Assembly: GCA_009602735.1 (NCBI GenBank)
Contig: WELA01003054.1
Location: forward strand, 250,016 to 295,173
Length of the DNA: 45,158 nt
From: Mesotaenium endlicherianum
Taxonomy: Eukaryota
Direction of reading: 5' to 3'
A program made the translations under genes and the position numbers. The notes under the pieces were generated by a model. It saw only the letters and a list, made by a program, of their open reading frames with translations. It had not been told where the DNA came from and did not search any database. Below, piece by piece: positions 12,764 through 24,098 of the stretch (position 1 is its first letter; every line of letters begins with the position of its first letter).

Positions 12764-15606
12764 CACAACCCTACAGCCTTATGTACCGTCTTGGACTTCC
12801 CGTCAGCTGCAGCCGACTATGCCCTCTTACTTACAGCACATGACCAAGTCTCCACAAGCATCTACTTAGCAAGATGATGACCCAAGGGTTTCTCCACAAT
12901 AAATATTTCCCTCGGCCCTGCAGCACCCTGAAAGAAGACCAGCCAAAGATCTTGTCGTCAAAAAATGTGTGCACACTCTGCACGACGAGACAATCCCAAA
13001 CGACTGAAGGCCTCCCGACATCGTTACTAACAGAAAACCTACTGTCCACTCCCGCTTAGCGAGAACTTACGGTCAACAAACCCCATAGCGGCGCACTACC
13101 ATCTACCATACTACTGCTACATGCACAACTGTCTGTTGGACATTGTATATCTGTGCGCACTTCTTGCTGCCTGTGCTAAACAATGGACATCGAAAGAAGC
13201 CTTGTGCCACACCATAACGGGAACCATGCGACCGTTTCGAGCTCGTGTGAAGGATGTTAGTTGCGGGGGTGCCAGTAAAAGCACGTTCTTAAAAAGAAGG
13301 GTTTCCGTCAGTGTCCGTCGCACCCTTGTACGCAGCTGTACGTGCCCACGACGCGAGCGAGCCCCCCAACCGGCCTGCCAACTGCTGCTGCCCTCCACTG
13401 CCAACACCGCTGGGTGTGGCTTGGGATTGCTTGGTATTGCTTGGTATGGTTGCAGCGCAGCTCAGCGCAGGCCGATTAGATTCCGACGTGCTCGACGACG
13501 GATTCGACGTTATAGCAACTGCGAACGGGGTCAATCGTGCTATACCCTCCGACTTGCGCCGCCATTTGCCGATATAGCCGCGTACGGCCACTTCCACCAA
13601 CTAGCAGCACCAAGCAGAGTCAACCACGAGTGCTTCCTTCGTGGCGCAATGTGACCGCTGACTGTTATGCATCCGTTTAGCGACGAATACAGCAACATGG
13701 CGGTTCTCATCTTATACATCTTTGAGTTTTTGCTAGATTTATAAGGAGTTACATCTACTTAGTTATAGCGATAATACTACAGCTATAGTAACAACTGATT
13801 TAGACATCATATCATGAAGCCTAAATTTTAGTGGCAGTGGATGTTCTCCCCACTAAGTTTTAGAAGCTCCTACCACCTTCATTGAAAACTGAATGAATTT
13901 ACAAAAGTTATGTTCATTTAAACTCATGCCGCTAAACTACAACACTTGCGCAATAGGAGAACCGCAAGAGGAAGATCACCAAATGACTACTAAGCTAATC
14001 AAAGCCGAATTTAACAACCATCATCTTCTAATTACTTGACCGTTGAATTACATCATTACTTCAAAACGAGGACGTCATGCAATTGACACTGTGAAATGGT
14101 CCACATAGCGGCACAATAAAAACTGAGTTCTTCAGCAACTTGAGAATCACTATGGGACCCCTGCCATCAACATTCTCTTGGACCCGTCCCAATCTTTTGA
14201 ACTAAGAAGAACTACACATTCTATGAAAAGATTTCCTACAAGCATGCATGAATTATCACAATCTGCGTGAATGCATCAAGTGATCACATGTGCCCTATGT
14301 AACCTCAATTTAATGAGGACTCACACTCCTCTTTAATGTCAAATAGATGTAGTTGGTATAGTAACAATAATACAGAGATTTGATCTTTTGTTGTGTCACT
14401 TTGTATTGCAGCCAAGCATTATCACATTTCAAGCAATATAATATGAGATGCATCATGGAGAATATTTTGAAAAACATTTTACATACGTAGTTGGCAAAAT
14501 CTTGTAAACTCTACATAGCTCATGCAGTACAGCAGACAAAGTGCAAAACTTATGTTCACATTATTTTTTTAGCAATCGCTTCACTTCTTAATCTCTTTGG
14601 TTTTCCAGCCACATACATAACTCAAATTACCTTCTGTGCAGAATTGCATAATTGTACCCGTTTCCGTTGCGCCTCGTGTATCAAATGGGTCTGCTCATCA
14701 ATGAGTGGTTAGATCTGTAGCAAACTATGAGTGCGCAGACAAACCCTTGCAAGACAAACCCTTGCAACTCTGTACATGCTACAAGGCACAAAAGCCGCAC
14801 CTGAGCTCTACAGCATCATGAAGTCACTCAATATCATGTCAACAATCTAGTCATAGATTTGATGTCAAACCAACCTTGTCCTCCAGGTTCATCAACTAGC
14901 ACTCGACAAGTTCACAACTCCATCTCAAGTCTCTACTATGATATAATATTTAAACTTGCTTACTTTAGAGCATTTGAAGGATCACTTGACCGCGTAGTGA
15001 AGCTTATTCCCCCCACATAATGTCTGAATCACAGCCAATGAGATGTACATAAGATGAAATTGAAAAATGCCCTATCTCTTCCTAATCACTGGCGGGCAGA
15101 TGTTTCCGAGACACAAACCGAATTGCTTCTTGAATCCTAAGGCCCAGACTTAATCAACGCCGGGCGTCGTTTGACACCGTCATGCGAGAAGTCAAAGCTG
15201 CCCTCGTGGTGTCCCTTGCATGCGCGTGAAGGAAATGTATATCCTTAGGCATGTTATCTTAGCATGTATGCTACTGCGCAGGCCACCAGCCCACCTCTTG
15301 CCACCTCTTTCTTAACCACACGCATGCACAGGTGGCAATGGTGGGGTGCACCTGTGTCTGTGTGTCTACATGAGCACGTCCTAGGAAGAGGAGGGAAGGA
15401 GGAACTCAAGAGCTATTGCTCCGATTGCATGAAGGCGTGCCTATTAGTATACAGAGGAGCGGGTGGTGCCAAAATTGCTATGTAGAGAGGGAGGGGGGGG
15501 AAAGGNNNNNNNNNNNNNNNNNNNNNNNNNNNNNNNNNNNNNNNNNNNNNNNNNNNNNNNNNNNNNNNNNNNNNNNNNNNNNNNNNNNNNNNNNNNNNNN
15601 NNNNNN

Positions 15607-15642
<36 letters not shown>

Positions 15643-15644
<2 letters not shown>

Positions 15645-15917
15645 ACGAGGAGGGCGGCAGCAGGGGTCCTTTATGCAGGAGAAAGGAGTTGGCGATGTGG
15701 AAAGCGGCCGCGCGGGAGGCGAGGGTGCCGCCCGCCACCTGCGACTCGTAGGCCTCCAGGGCTGCGCTCAGCTTCGCGTCGCTCCGCATCCTGCACGCAC
15801 GCGCGCGCGCGAGCACGAGTGCCACTGCTTGTTACTTCAACTCCCACTCACGAGCATGCTTCAGCAGCTCAGACGCTCGTCCAACGTGCGCGCAAGACAC
15901 GCAAGTGCGTGTGTGAA

Positions 15918-15951
<34 letters not shown>

Positions 15952-18544
15952 TGAGTGTCTCTGACCGTATGCGTATGTGACTAGGTGTGTGCGTGTGAGG
16001 AGCATCCATCCCATGCCAGGTCTGCTGACACTTTTCCACTCCTGCCGCTTGCCATGCAGCAGGACCTGGCACGCACGCTGACCACGGGGTGCACAGGGAC
16101 AGGGGTTTGGGGAGGTAAAATCAGTCGGTAAGAAGGCAACACAGACGTGCTGAGAAGGAGAAAGACTTACGGAAGCTAAGGGCTGCATGCATGCACGCAC
16201 GCACGCGTGCAAGTGCAGGTGGTTGGCGGCTAGCAAGTGCGGCGGGAGGAAGGGGCGGGGGCGGGAGTGGCTCCCTCTTGGCCCTCAACGAGCTGGCTCA
16301 AATTTTTGCTCCAACACAGCAGCAGCAGCAGCAGCATGGGCGCATAAGTGCTGCGCGTGGATGGCGAGCGGAAACGAGAGGAGGAGGGCAATGCAGTGCC
16401 CTTACTGTTCCACGAGCAAGTTCAAGTCTTGGGCTCCGCAGCGGCAGGGGCACAAATTGGGTACTGCAACGTAAGGGAGCGTCGGCAAAAGGGATGAGGG
16501 AGGGCTGACGTGGCGCGCTCTCACTCACCGCTCGACGAGCTCGTTGGTGACATTGCTCCACAGCAGGTGGCGGCTCTGGGCCGCGCGGCGCGCCTGCAGC
16601 TCGCCAGCTGTGCCCATGGCGCGCTCAAACGCGCGGATCCTCTGCCACACCTCCCCCATGCCTGCCCCGGTCCTGGCGCTGCACGCCACCACCTGGCAGC
16701 AGAGCAGCAGCCAGCAGAACAACCAGCAGCAGCAGCAGCAGCGCATCAGAATTGTGGGGCAAGATGTATTGGCCCGTCAGTGCACATGTTTGCCCTCAAG
16801 GGACCCCCCCCCCCTTCGCCCCCCCCCCCTGCCAAAAAGAGATGAAGCATCAAAACCTTCGGGGGAAAGCTTTACCGTGGAAGGAGACAAGAACCTTCAC
16901 TTCCTCTTGTCGGGCAAACGAATTCAGTCTTACAGAATGGGAGGGAGGCCACAAGTGTCACATACACATGCACCCGTGGCAGAGCCAAATATGGAGCCGG
17001 AGCACCGAAGACCTGTATCGATGAATTAGACGCGCTGGAGGTGGAGCAGGAGGCAGCAGTACAGCGGCGGCGGCAGCAGCAGCAACAGCAGCGCAGCGCA
17101 GAGCCGGGGGAGCAACGGGAGGTAGGGTTAGGCCAGAAGTCAATCCGGGCACCCCTGTGAGCACGAATTCACAATCACCCACCCCTCCGCCGGCCGGGGT
17201 GGACGGGCTTCCTCTCATGCATTCATGACGTTCAAGGATGAACCAAGTTCGCCTGCTTGAAGCCGAGGAGCTGATGAGCCAGGGAGCCAGAGGAGCCATG
17301 GAGGGAGCCAGAACATTGAGGAGCCCAAGAGCCAAGAGCCGGGGAGCCGAAAAGCCAGAGCCAGGGAGCCCTGGTGTGAAAAGCAAGGGGGGTGCGGCTG
17401 CAGGGGACAGTGGCACCACAGCTGGCAGCACCAGCAGCAGCAGCAGCAGCAACACAGCTGCCAGGAGCAGGAAGAGGTCACGCCTCTGGCAGGGGATGCC
17501 GCCCAGGAGCTTACAGGTGGCGACCAGAAGGGGGAGCGGGGCCGCAGGAAGTGGAGCGCGTTGCGGTACTCCGCAACAGCTGTCTGCGCCGAATGCCACA
17601 TGTCGCCGTCTGCCTTGTTCACCGCCACCATATCTGCCACCTCCACCACCCCTGCCGGCGACAAATGGAAACAGACGCTCTCCCCCACATCCCCCCCAAC
17701 CAGTCAGAGAGCAGCTGCAGCAGCAGCAGCAGTGGCAATGGCAGCAGCAGCGGCAACCGCCACTGGTAGGTTTGGGCTTCATCCAGGCATCAGAGTTCAT
17801 CACACACGTGGCAGCACCCCCTGCGGTGAAATTGCGCTCCATCTCTGGGGCAGCTGCTCAGGAGGAGTCTTGGAGGCACTCCTGTGCCAGTCCAGTCACT
17901 TGCATGGCCCGCGTCATCAAGGAAAAAGGGGGCATGTTGGAAAAGGGGTTGGGTATTCTCACTTAGGCTTTTTTTTTCTGGGGCGGGGGGCAGAGAGGGA
18001 GGAAAGGAGAGAGGAATAACGAAGCATGATGNAACTCGCAAATTGCGTACATGTATATGTTACTTGATAAATCTCTCTGATTTGAGGTAGAGAGAGGCCC
18101 CAGCTCTCTCCCTCCCTCGCTTCCACCCTCCCTCCCTCCTCCCCTCTCTTTCTCGCTCCCTCCATATGTTTGTGAATGTGATCGGATTTGGCGAGCATGC
18201 AGCGGGAGAACGCCAGCTCACCTCGCAGAGGAGGGCGGAGTCGGCCGTGGAGCGGGCAATGCCGCCCACGTGGCCCCGGGACGGCGTGGGGCGCACAAAG
18301 GCGCGCGGGTGGCGCGCCAGCTCATCCATGCGCGTCTTGTCGCCCAGAATGGAGCCCCCCCCTTGCCCCCGCTGCGACGACGACGGGTCGATGGCCAGCA
18401 CGGCCACCCTCTCACCCGCCTCCTCTGCCGCCATCAGCCCCAGCCCTGGCAACCCCGCTCCGTCAGGATCACATTTCGAGTGTGTGCGCGTTGAGTGAAC
18501 TCTCCACAGGCACACACACATACACGCATACACCAGTGCTGTCT

Positions 18545-18627
<83 letters not shown>

Positions 18628-19082
18628 TGTGTGTACAGTACATGCCTTCACTATCAAGGATAAGAAACTGACACTGTGAGGATGAAGAGTAAGCAATTAT
18701 CATAGGCCTGACTGGCGGCCGGATGGCGACAAGACATGCGGGCGAACGGGTCCACAATGGCGAGGTGACAGGTGTTGCTCCGGGGGCTTACTCTCTATGA
18801 CGCTCGATTTCCCTGCCCCAGGGGGGCCCGTCACGCCAACTCGGAACATGCTGCGGGCGGCAATATTTGGACTCTTCTGCAACAGGTGCTGCAGGAGAGC
18901 AGCTGCCTGGGCTCTGTGGTCCGGGCGTGAGGATTCACACAGTGTAATTGAGCGGCTCAGAGCGCTCAGCTCACCCGCCAGCAGGCCATCTGCTAGAGCC
19001 CCTGTCGAAGGCGTCAGAGCTGGGAGGCTCACATGTGTGACCTCTTCTGATGCGAAGCCTGGTTTTCTTTCTCGGTCTGAAC
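15643..19082 (-). CDS. MMAA: MMAA/MeaB/ArgK-family GTPase (chaperone of methylmalonyl-CoA mutase); 5' end uncertain, one internal exon missing
   Basis: Exons ~19082-18792 (ALSRSITLCES...RVGVTGPPGAGKSS P-loop), 18445-18222 (VAVLAIDPSS...GGSILGDKTRM...AFVRPTPSRG..GG), 17651-17515 (EVADMVAVNKADG, G4 motif), 16692-16529 (CSARTGAG...) and 15790-15643 (to TAG). Phases match except 18222 to 17651, where the ETVGVGQ-type exon is absent. Confidence 0.88.
18547..18623. repeat. Compound (TC)n(TG)n microsatellite in an MMAA intron
   Basis: Direct inspection. Similar (GA)n/(CA)n tracts at 5928-5959, 6281-6303, 15607-15642, 15919-15953, 42331-42379 and 45121-45158. Confidence 0.95.
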
Positions 19083-19625
19083 CTGCTGCTTCGTTGGTCA
19101 CGTTCCTCTGGCGGCAAACACCGAAAAAGTAGTTTTCTCCCCATGAATGAGCAAGCGGAGGAAGAATGTCACACCGTCTCCACATGTCGGCACCACCCCC
19201 AATGAGCTTCCCATATGGTCTAGGATTTTGACAGAGACGAGAGCACTGAATCATAGAGTCAGATTTTTGAATCAATGTTTGAAAGGTTGGGCGCGTTGGT
19301 GGGACCGGACAAATTGCAAGATAAAATTTATGTTCTCTGAAAGCACATGAAGCTTCAATAAATTGTGGTCAAATATTCTTCTCAATAGTTGCTACATTGT
19401 ACGCCTTCCAAATGACGGTTGTCTCTGAAAAGAAGTCAAATATATCCATGAAGAAAGAACATGATTTAACAGGACACCTAGGTTCTTTTCAAGAAATGCT
19501 TTCCTCCATTAAATTAACAGTCTCAATGAGTGCAATGCTAGTCGTCCTTTGCTCCACCGTTGACTGGGCTATGTTGAAACTGGTTGAAACAGGCTCTGCT
19601 TGTCAGCAGTTCAGACCTTTCCGAT

Positions 19626-19866
19626 TACGGGGTGGAAACTGGCGCTAATTTTTTCCTAGATTTTGAATTTGGAGCCCTAAATTCTGGAACCTTGTCACTA
19701 AATTTCCAAAGTTTGATTTCAGGGCGCTATTAATACAGATTTTTTTGATTAAAAGTCGCTGATTCACTGTACAAATCTCGACATTTTGATTTCAGGGCTC
19801 TAATTTAAAACCTTGAATTTTGGGCGCTATTTCACCCGGATTCTAGAAGGGAGTTTCCCCCCCATG
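19626..19866. mobile_element. hAT-type MITE, 241 bp
   Basis: Perfect 8-bp TSD TTTCCGAT (19618-19625 and 19867-19874). Imperfect 15-bp TIRs TACGGGGTGGAAACT / AGTTTCCCCCCCATG (12/15 match). Internal repeated GGCGCTA and TTGATTTCAGGGC motifs. Confidence 0.75.
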
Positions 19867-20943
19867 TTTCCGATCTTGTTCGACCTTCGGAGGCAGTTCG
19901 GAGGGGTTCAAAGCAGTTCAAAGTCATTCAAAGTTGTTCGGAGCAGAGGAAACACGAGCTAGCGCCCATATGCATGACGTCGACGCGGGCTCGCGTCACG
20001 ATTACCGCTTCATTTCGTTTAAAATGATTTAATTTATTAAGGATTGAAACAAAAAGAAATGAAGTAAAATTTACACAAAAGGGCAAACGAACTGGTGCGC
20101 AATAAGTCACAAGGGCGCCCGCCCAGAACCTCTTGACTCGGATAATGCCACGCAGACACACACACACACACGCGCGCACGCGCATACACATACACTTGCG
20201 CGCACGCGCAGGCGCACGCATGTCAATCAGTCGCCCATCGGCACAATTTCTTCCCCTGCCCGTGACGAGGACGGTGTTGTGTCATGCGCACACAGGCGGC
20301 AGTCCGCCCGGGGTGGGCCAGATGCGGCGCACGTCGCACGCGCGGAAGGAAGCACGCACTCTCGAATCCCGCAGGGCGACGAGGAGACAATAGCCCCCTC
20401 CTTTCCCAACCCGACCCGACCCATGGCGGCACATGCGCTCGCACGCGCGCGCGCGCTCCCTCTGCGAGGGGCTCCCTACAAGCAAGCTCGTGGTGCTGTC
20501 GCCCTCCCTCTGGCACGTCACACTCACTCGGCGTGTGCCCTTCTTTAGAGCGGTATCCAATACTACTGCATTGTTTGATCAACCTCTAAACCTCATATTC
20601 GTGTCAAACTACGAAGGTTGTATTTTTTTTTCAACACCATTCTCAACGTGCTCTAAGATGCGGGCCGGTGTTCACACGCGTTGGCACGCGCGCGGAAAAG
20701 ACAGCCTGTCAAGTCTTAACATTTTACTCCGGAGCATCCAGACGAGCAGAGAGAGCACAGGAGGAAGGAAGGGAGGCAAAGAGGGCAAGAGCGAGTGACT
20801 GAGGGAGGGAGACAGCAAGGAAGGGAGGGTGTGAAGGAAGGGAGGAACAGGAGGAGAGCAAGAGAGGGAGGGAGGGCGTGGACGGCAAGGAGGGAGGGAG
20901 AAAAGGAGGGAGGGAGGGAGGGAGGGGGGGGAGGGTGAAGCAC

Positions 20944-21209
20944 CTGGCAATGGAGAGGGAAGAGAGCCGCGTCAGGACGAGGCTGTTGGCCTCCTGGCCG
21001 GCGCTGAACAGCAGCTCTGCCGCCCACTCCCCTCCTCCCTCTCCGCCGCCGCCGCCGTTCAGGGCTCCCGACAGGCCCCCCACGTCTGCCGCCTGTGCCC
21101 CACCATTCGCCAGCTGGCCCAACCCGTTTGAGGCTCTATCTCCACACCAGGAAGCGTTGAACCAGGGCTCTGCTGCAGGGGGGCTCCCAGAGGCCTCACA
21201 ACAGCTCCC
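20944..21209 (-). other. Possible orphan exon or gene fragment of unknown identity
   Basis: GC-rich open frame ending ...EWAAELLFSAGQEANSLVLTRLSSLSIAR. It is bounded by tag| and AG|gt, followed by a CT-rich intron-like tract, and abuts AT-rich TE DNA at 21210. No family recognised. Confidence 0.3.
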
Positions 21210-21869
21210 CTAGTCTTTCCCTGTTAAAACAAGATTGGTAGGATAGTTACGCGTATTAGCATCAGCCATGGCTAGCGTCAACGAGAGAGCAAAAATGTGA
21301 GTAGCCTGAGCTGCTCTATGCTGGACAACTCTAGCGCAAATTCGGGACATGAAAGAGACAACGCGCAAACTCTTGCAGCACTGTAGATTTTGCATAAATT
21401 TGACTTTCTAATGAATTCTTTTTGAGCTTGCGTAGGAAGAGATGAGTGGTGTATCTTCTCTGAAGCTTGCGAGAAGACGTAGAACAATAACTTCTACGAT
21501 TCCTCGAGAATGTACTTCTTGAAAATGGAGAACATCTTGACTACATGTGAACTTGTGTTATTGCATCTCAAACTGAAATTCGATTTCAAAAATTTATTTT
21601 ATTTTCCAAAGTATAGGGAGATTCTCTTTGCCAGCGGACACATAATAGCAACCAGTGAAGTCGAAATCATTTTTGGTGAGTCTTGTGACAGTGCTGCTCA
21701 AGATTCTACGGTTAAACAATCTTTATTCTAGGATCAAAAGATCACCTAATTGGATGAAAAAGGTGTTTGAAGATTAACGGCTCCTCCTGCTCTTGACAAC
21801 GTTGGCAATAGTGGTCTCATCTCGGCTTTTATTACTCAACAACTGGATCAACTCTAATTACTTATCATA

Positions 21870-22276
21870 ACTATGGCAAAGAATAATCTTGCAAAGGCCA
21901 TTAACAACAAGAAGTGGGTTCAACACGTAAAGAAGATGAAGGTTATGCATGATTTGCTTGGAGACCAGAAGTTATTAGATGTCAACCGCTTGCATATGTA
22001 AGCTTGCTCCAAAATGAGGATTCGCATCGACGACACAAATTGCCAAAGACAACCTAGATGTGGAGGAGGCCACAAAGCTCTTAGCATAAAGTTTTCCATC
22101 CATAGCAAATTGTGCTCGCGAGATCATTAATGTTGATTTGCATGGTTGGAGTCTTGTGTTAAAAGTAGCTAGATGTACAAATATTGCCAAGGCAGAAAAT
22201 GCTTGAAAAGACAAAGTCTCTAAAACAATTGATGAGAGAAAGACGTCAATATCTGCTACTCGCAACATTAAGCCGC
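21870..22276 (+). pseudogene. Decayed gag-like ORF of a putative DIRS-order retroelement, 5' piece
   Basis: Frame with in-frame stops containing REIINVDLHGWSLV (22117-22158), similar to the R..I..AD...GW..V motif of DIRS-like Gag. The same frame resumes after the chromovirus insertion. Confidence 0.45.
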
Positions 22277-22780
22277 TATAGTGATTTGAGTTATTATATA
22301 TTAGTTTGCATATATTTTAATGTTTTCAAATATATTTGGAGTAGTATTGTGTGGAGTCAAGTGTGAATAGGTACTCTAGTAACTTGGTTCATGTCCTTTG
22401 AACCTTCCAAGGCATTTTTCGAAGTTAGAGGAAAGACCTAGAAGAACTCCATGTGGCAAAAGTCAAATGTGCCAATTTTAGGTCAAAAGGACATGTGTAC
22501 ATTATTCTAGAAAGAGGTGGCAAGTTTTTGGATGTGTTGGGTGCCAACACATCAACATACACTTTCCTAGAAATTACTTATGTAGCAAGTATATAAACAA
22601 GAGCTAGAACATAGAAAGACATTGGAGAATCCCTCTTGTACTTGCCAACATCCAGTAATATATTAACTTTCAAGAAGCCATCTCTCTTTCAAGAAGCTAC
22701 CACTTGTGTTCAAAGATCCTTGTCTTGAATAGATAAAGTATTCTGTTTTACTAAGTACTTTATCTATCTGTTTCACTACA
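22277..22780 (+). repeat. 5' LTR of copy A (504 bp)
   Basis: Starts TATAGTGA (the other three LTRs start TGTAGTGA) and ends TCACTACA. TATATAAA at 22590-22597. Direct repeat of 28455-28953. Confidence 0.95.
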
Positions 22781-22781
22781 G

Positions 22782-22793
22782 TGGTATCGGAGC
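22782..22793 (+). promoter_or_regulatory. Primer-binding site (initiator tRNA-Met type)
   Basis: TGGTATCGGAGC 1 nt after the LTR; one mismatch to the canonical plant iMet PBS TGGTATCAGAGC. Confidence 0.85.
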
Positions 22794-22817
22794 TAGGCAC
22801 TTTGGTAGCACAAGAAG

Positions 22818-24098
22818 ATGGCCGATCCTCAAGACCAACAGCAAGCTTTCGAAGGAAGCCCTTCCTCTCCAAGACACCCTCCTCCAGCGCCGATGGGAGA
22901 GCCCACTCAAGAAAATCTGCAACAACAAGAAGCACCACAAGGAGGAGCACACCCTCCTCCAGCGTCGATGGGAGAGCCTACTCAAGGAAATCTCCAACAA
23001 CAAGAAGCACCACAAGGAGGAGCACCGTCAAATCCCGTGGCAGCCGCTATAGCAAAGTTGACCCCACCACAAGGAGTTCCCGCAAATGAGTGGGCAGCCT
23101 TCCTAATGACCGTCCACAACCAAGTGGGCTTGGCCACCTATGAAGCAACCGTGCAAGCGTCAAGAGAAGCTATGGCTGCCATGGTTGCCCCTATTGCGAG
23201 CAATGCTCAAAATCCAGCCCCGGCTCAAGCGCCTCCACAAGAGCCAACGAGAGCAAGGAAACTCATCAAGCCCGGCAAACCCGACACTTTCAACCCCGGG
23301 AAAGGTGCCAACCTGAATTTATGGCTCTACCAAGTGGAGACGTACCTCGCATTCCTTGAAGTACCCGAGGAGGACTACGTTCCCTTTGCCGTTACCTTAC
23401 TTAGAGGAGCAGCAACATCATGGTGGCGTAACTATCAAGCGGCTATATATCAAGCTATGGCGCACCCCATGCTCGGCCAAGAGCCCCCACCATCATATGC
23501 AAGATGGGCAGATTTTCGTGAGGCCCTCAAGAAGCAATTCATGCCCATCAATGCGGAGAAGATTGCCCGAGGAAAGCTCCACCATCTCAAGCAAACGACG
23601 TCCGTTCAAGAGTATACATCCAGATTTCACGCCCTCACTCTTGAGATCCCCAACATGTCTCTCGAGGAGAAGATTGACCGCTACATCTTTGGCCTCAAAC
23701 CCAAGGTGGCAAAGGAAGTGGAGTTACGCGACTTGACGGACTTCTCAAAGATCATTGAAGTGGCCCAAAAGGTGGATACCTTGGATTTCAAGCACTCCGT
23801 GCCTTCATCTTCACGGGTACCGACGACGCGGGTGTACGCAGCCCCTTCCACATCCGAATCTGGACCCACACCCATGGAAATCGGAGTTATTAAAAGGGAC
23901 CCCGCGGCTGCCCGGAAGAGTGGAAGACCCTCCAATGACACTTATGATGCAAGAAACCAGCAAGGAGTGAAAGCAAGACTCTCCCCGGCTGAAAAAGAAG
24001 CTCTCATGACGGCTGGACTATGCTTTTATTGCAAGGAAAAGGGCCATCGTGCACTTTCATGCCCCAAAAAGTTGTCAAAAAACGGACAGCGCCGGTAG
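22818..24098 (+). CDS. gag: Gag, 426 aa (capsid plus CCHC zinc knuckle), copy A
   Basis: [27 protein letters not shown] and [14 protein letters not shown] (CX2CX4HX4C). Confidence 0.93.
   Translation: MADPQDQQQAFEGSPSSPRHPPPAPMGEPTQENLQQQEAPQGGAHPPPASMGEPTQGNLQQQEAPQGGAPSNPVAAAIAKLTPPQGVPANEWAAFLMTVHNQVGLATYEATVQASREAMAAMVAPIASNAQNPAPAQAPPQEPTRARKLIKPGKPDTFNPGKGANLNLWLYQVETYLAFLEVPEEDYVPFAVTLLRGAATSWWRNYQAAIYQAMAHPMLGQEPPPSYARWADFREALKKQFMPINAEKIARGKLHHLKQTTSVQEYTSRFHALTLEIPNMSLEEKIDRYIFGLKPKVAKEVELRDLTDFSKIIEVAQKVDTLDFKHSVPSSSRVPTTRVYAAPSTSESGPTPMEIGVIKRDPAAARKSGRPSNDTYDARNQQGVKARLSPAEKEALMTAGLCFYCKEKGHRALSCPKKLSKNGQRR

Noticed and set aside
13117..13654. Overlapping ORFs upstream of CCS52
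   Set aside because: No recognisable motifs; more likely promoter/5'UTR sequence.
16958..18019. Long ORFs on both strands rich in Gln/Ser/Cys/Ala
   Set aside because: Derived from (CAG)n and GAGCCA repeats in MMAA introns.
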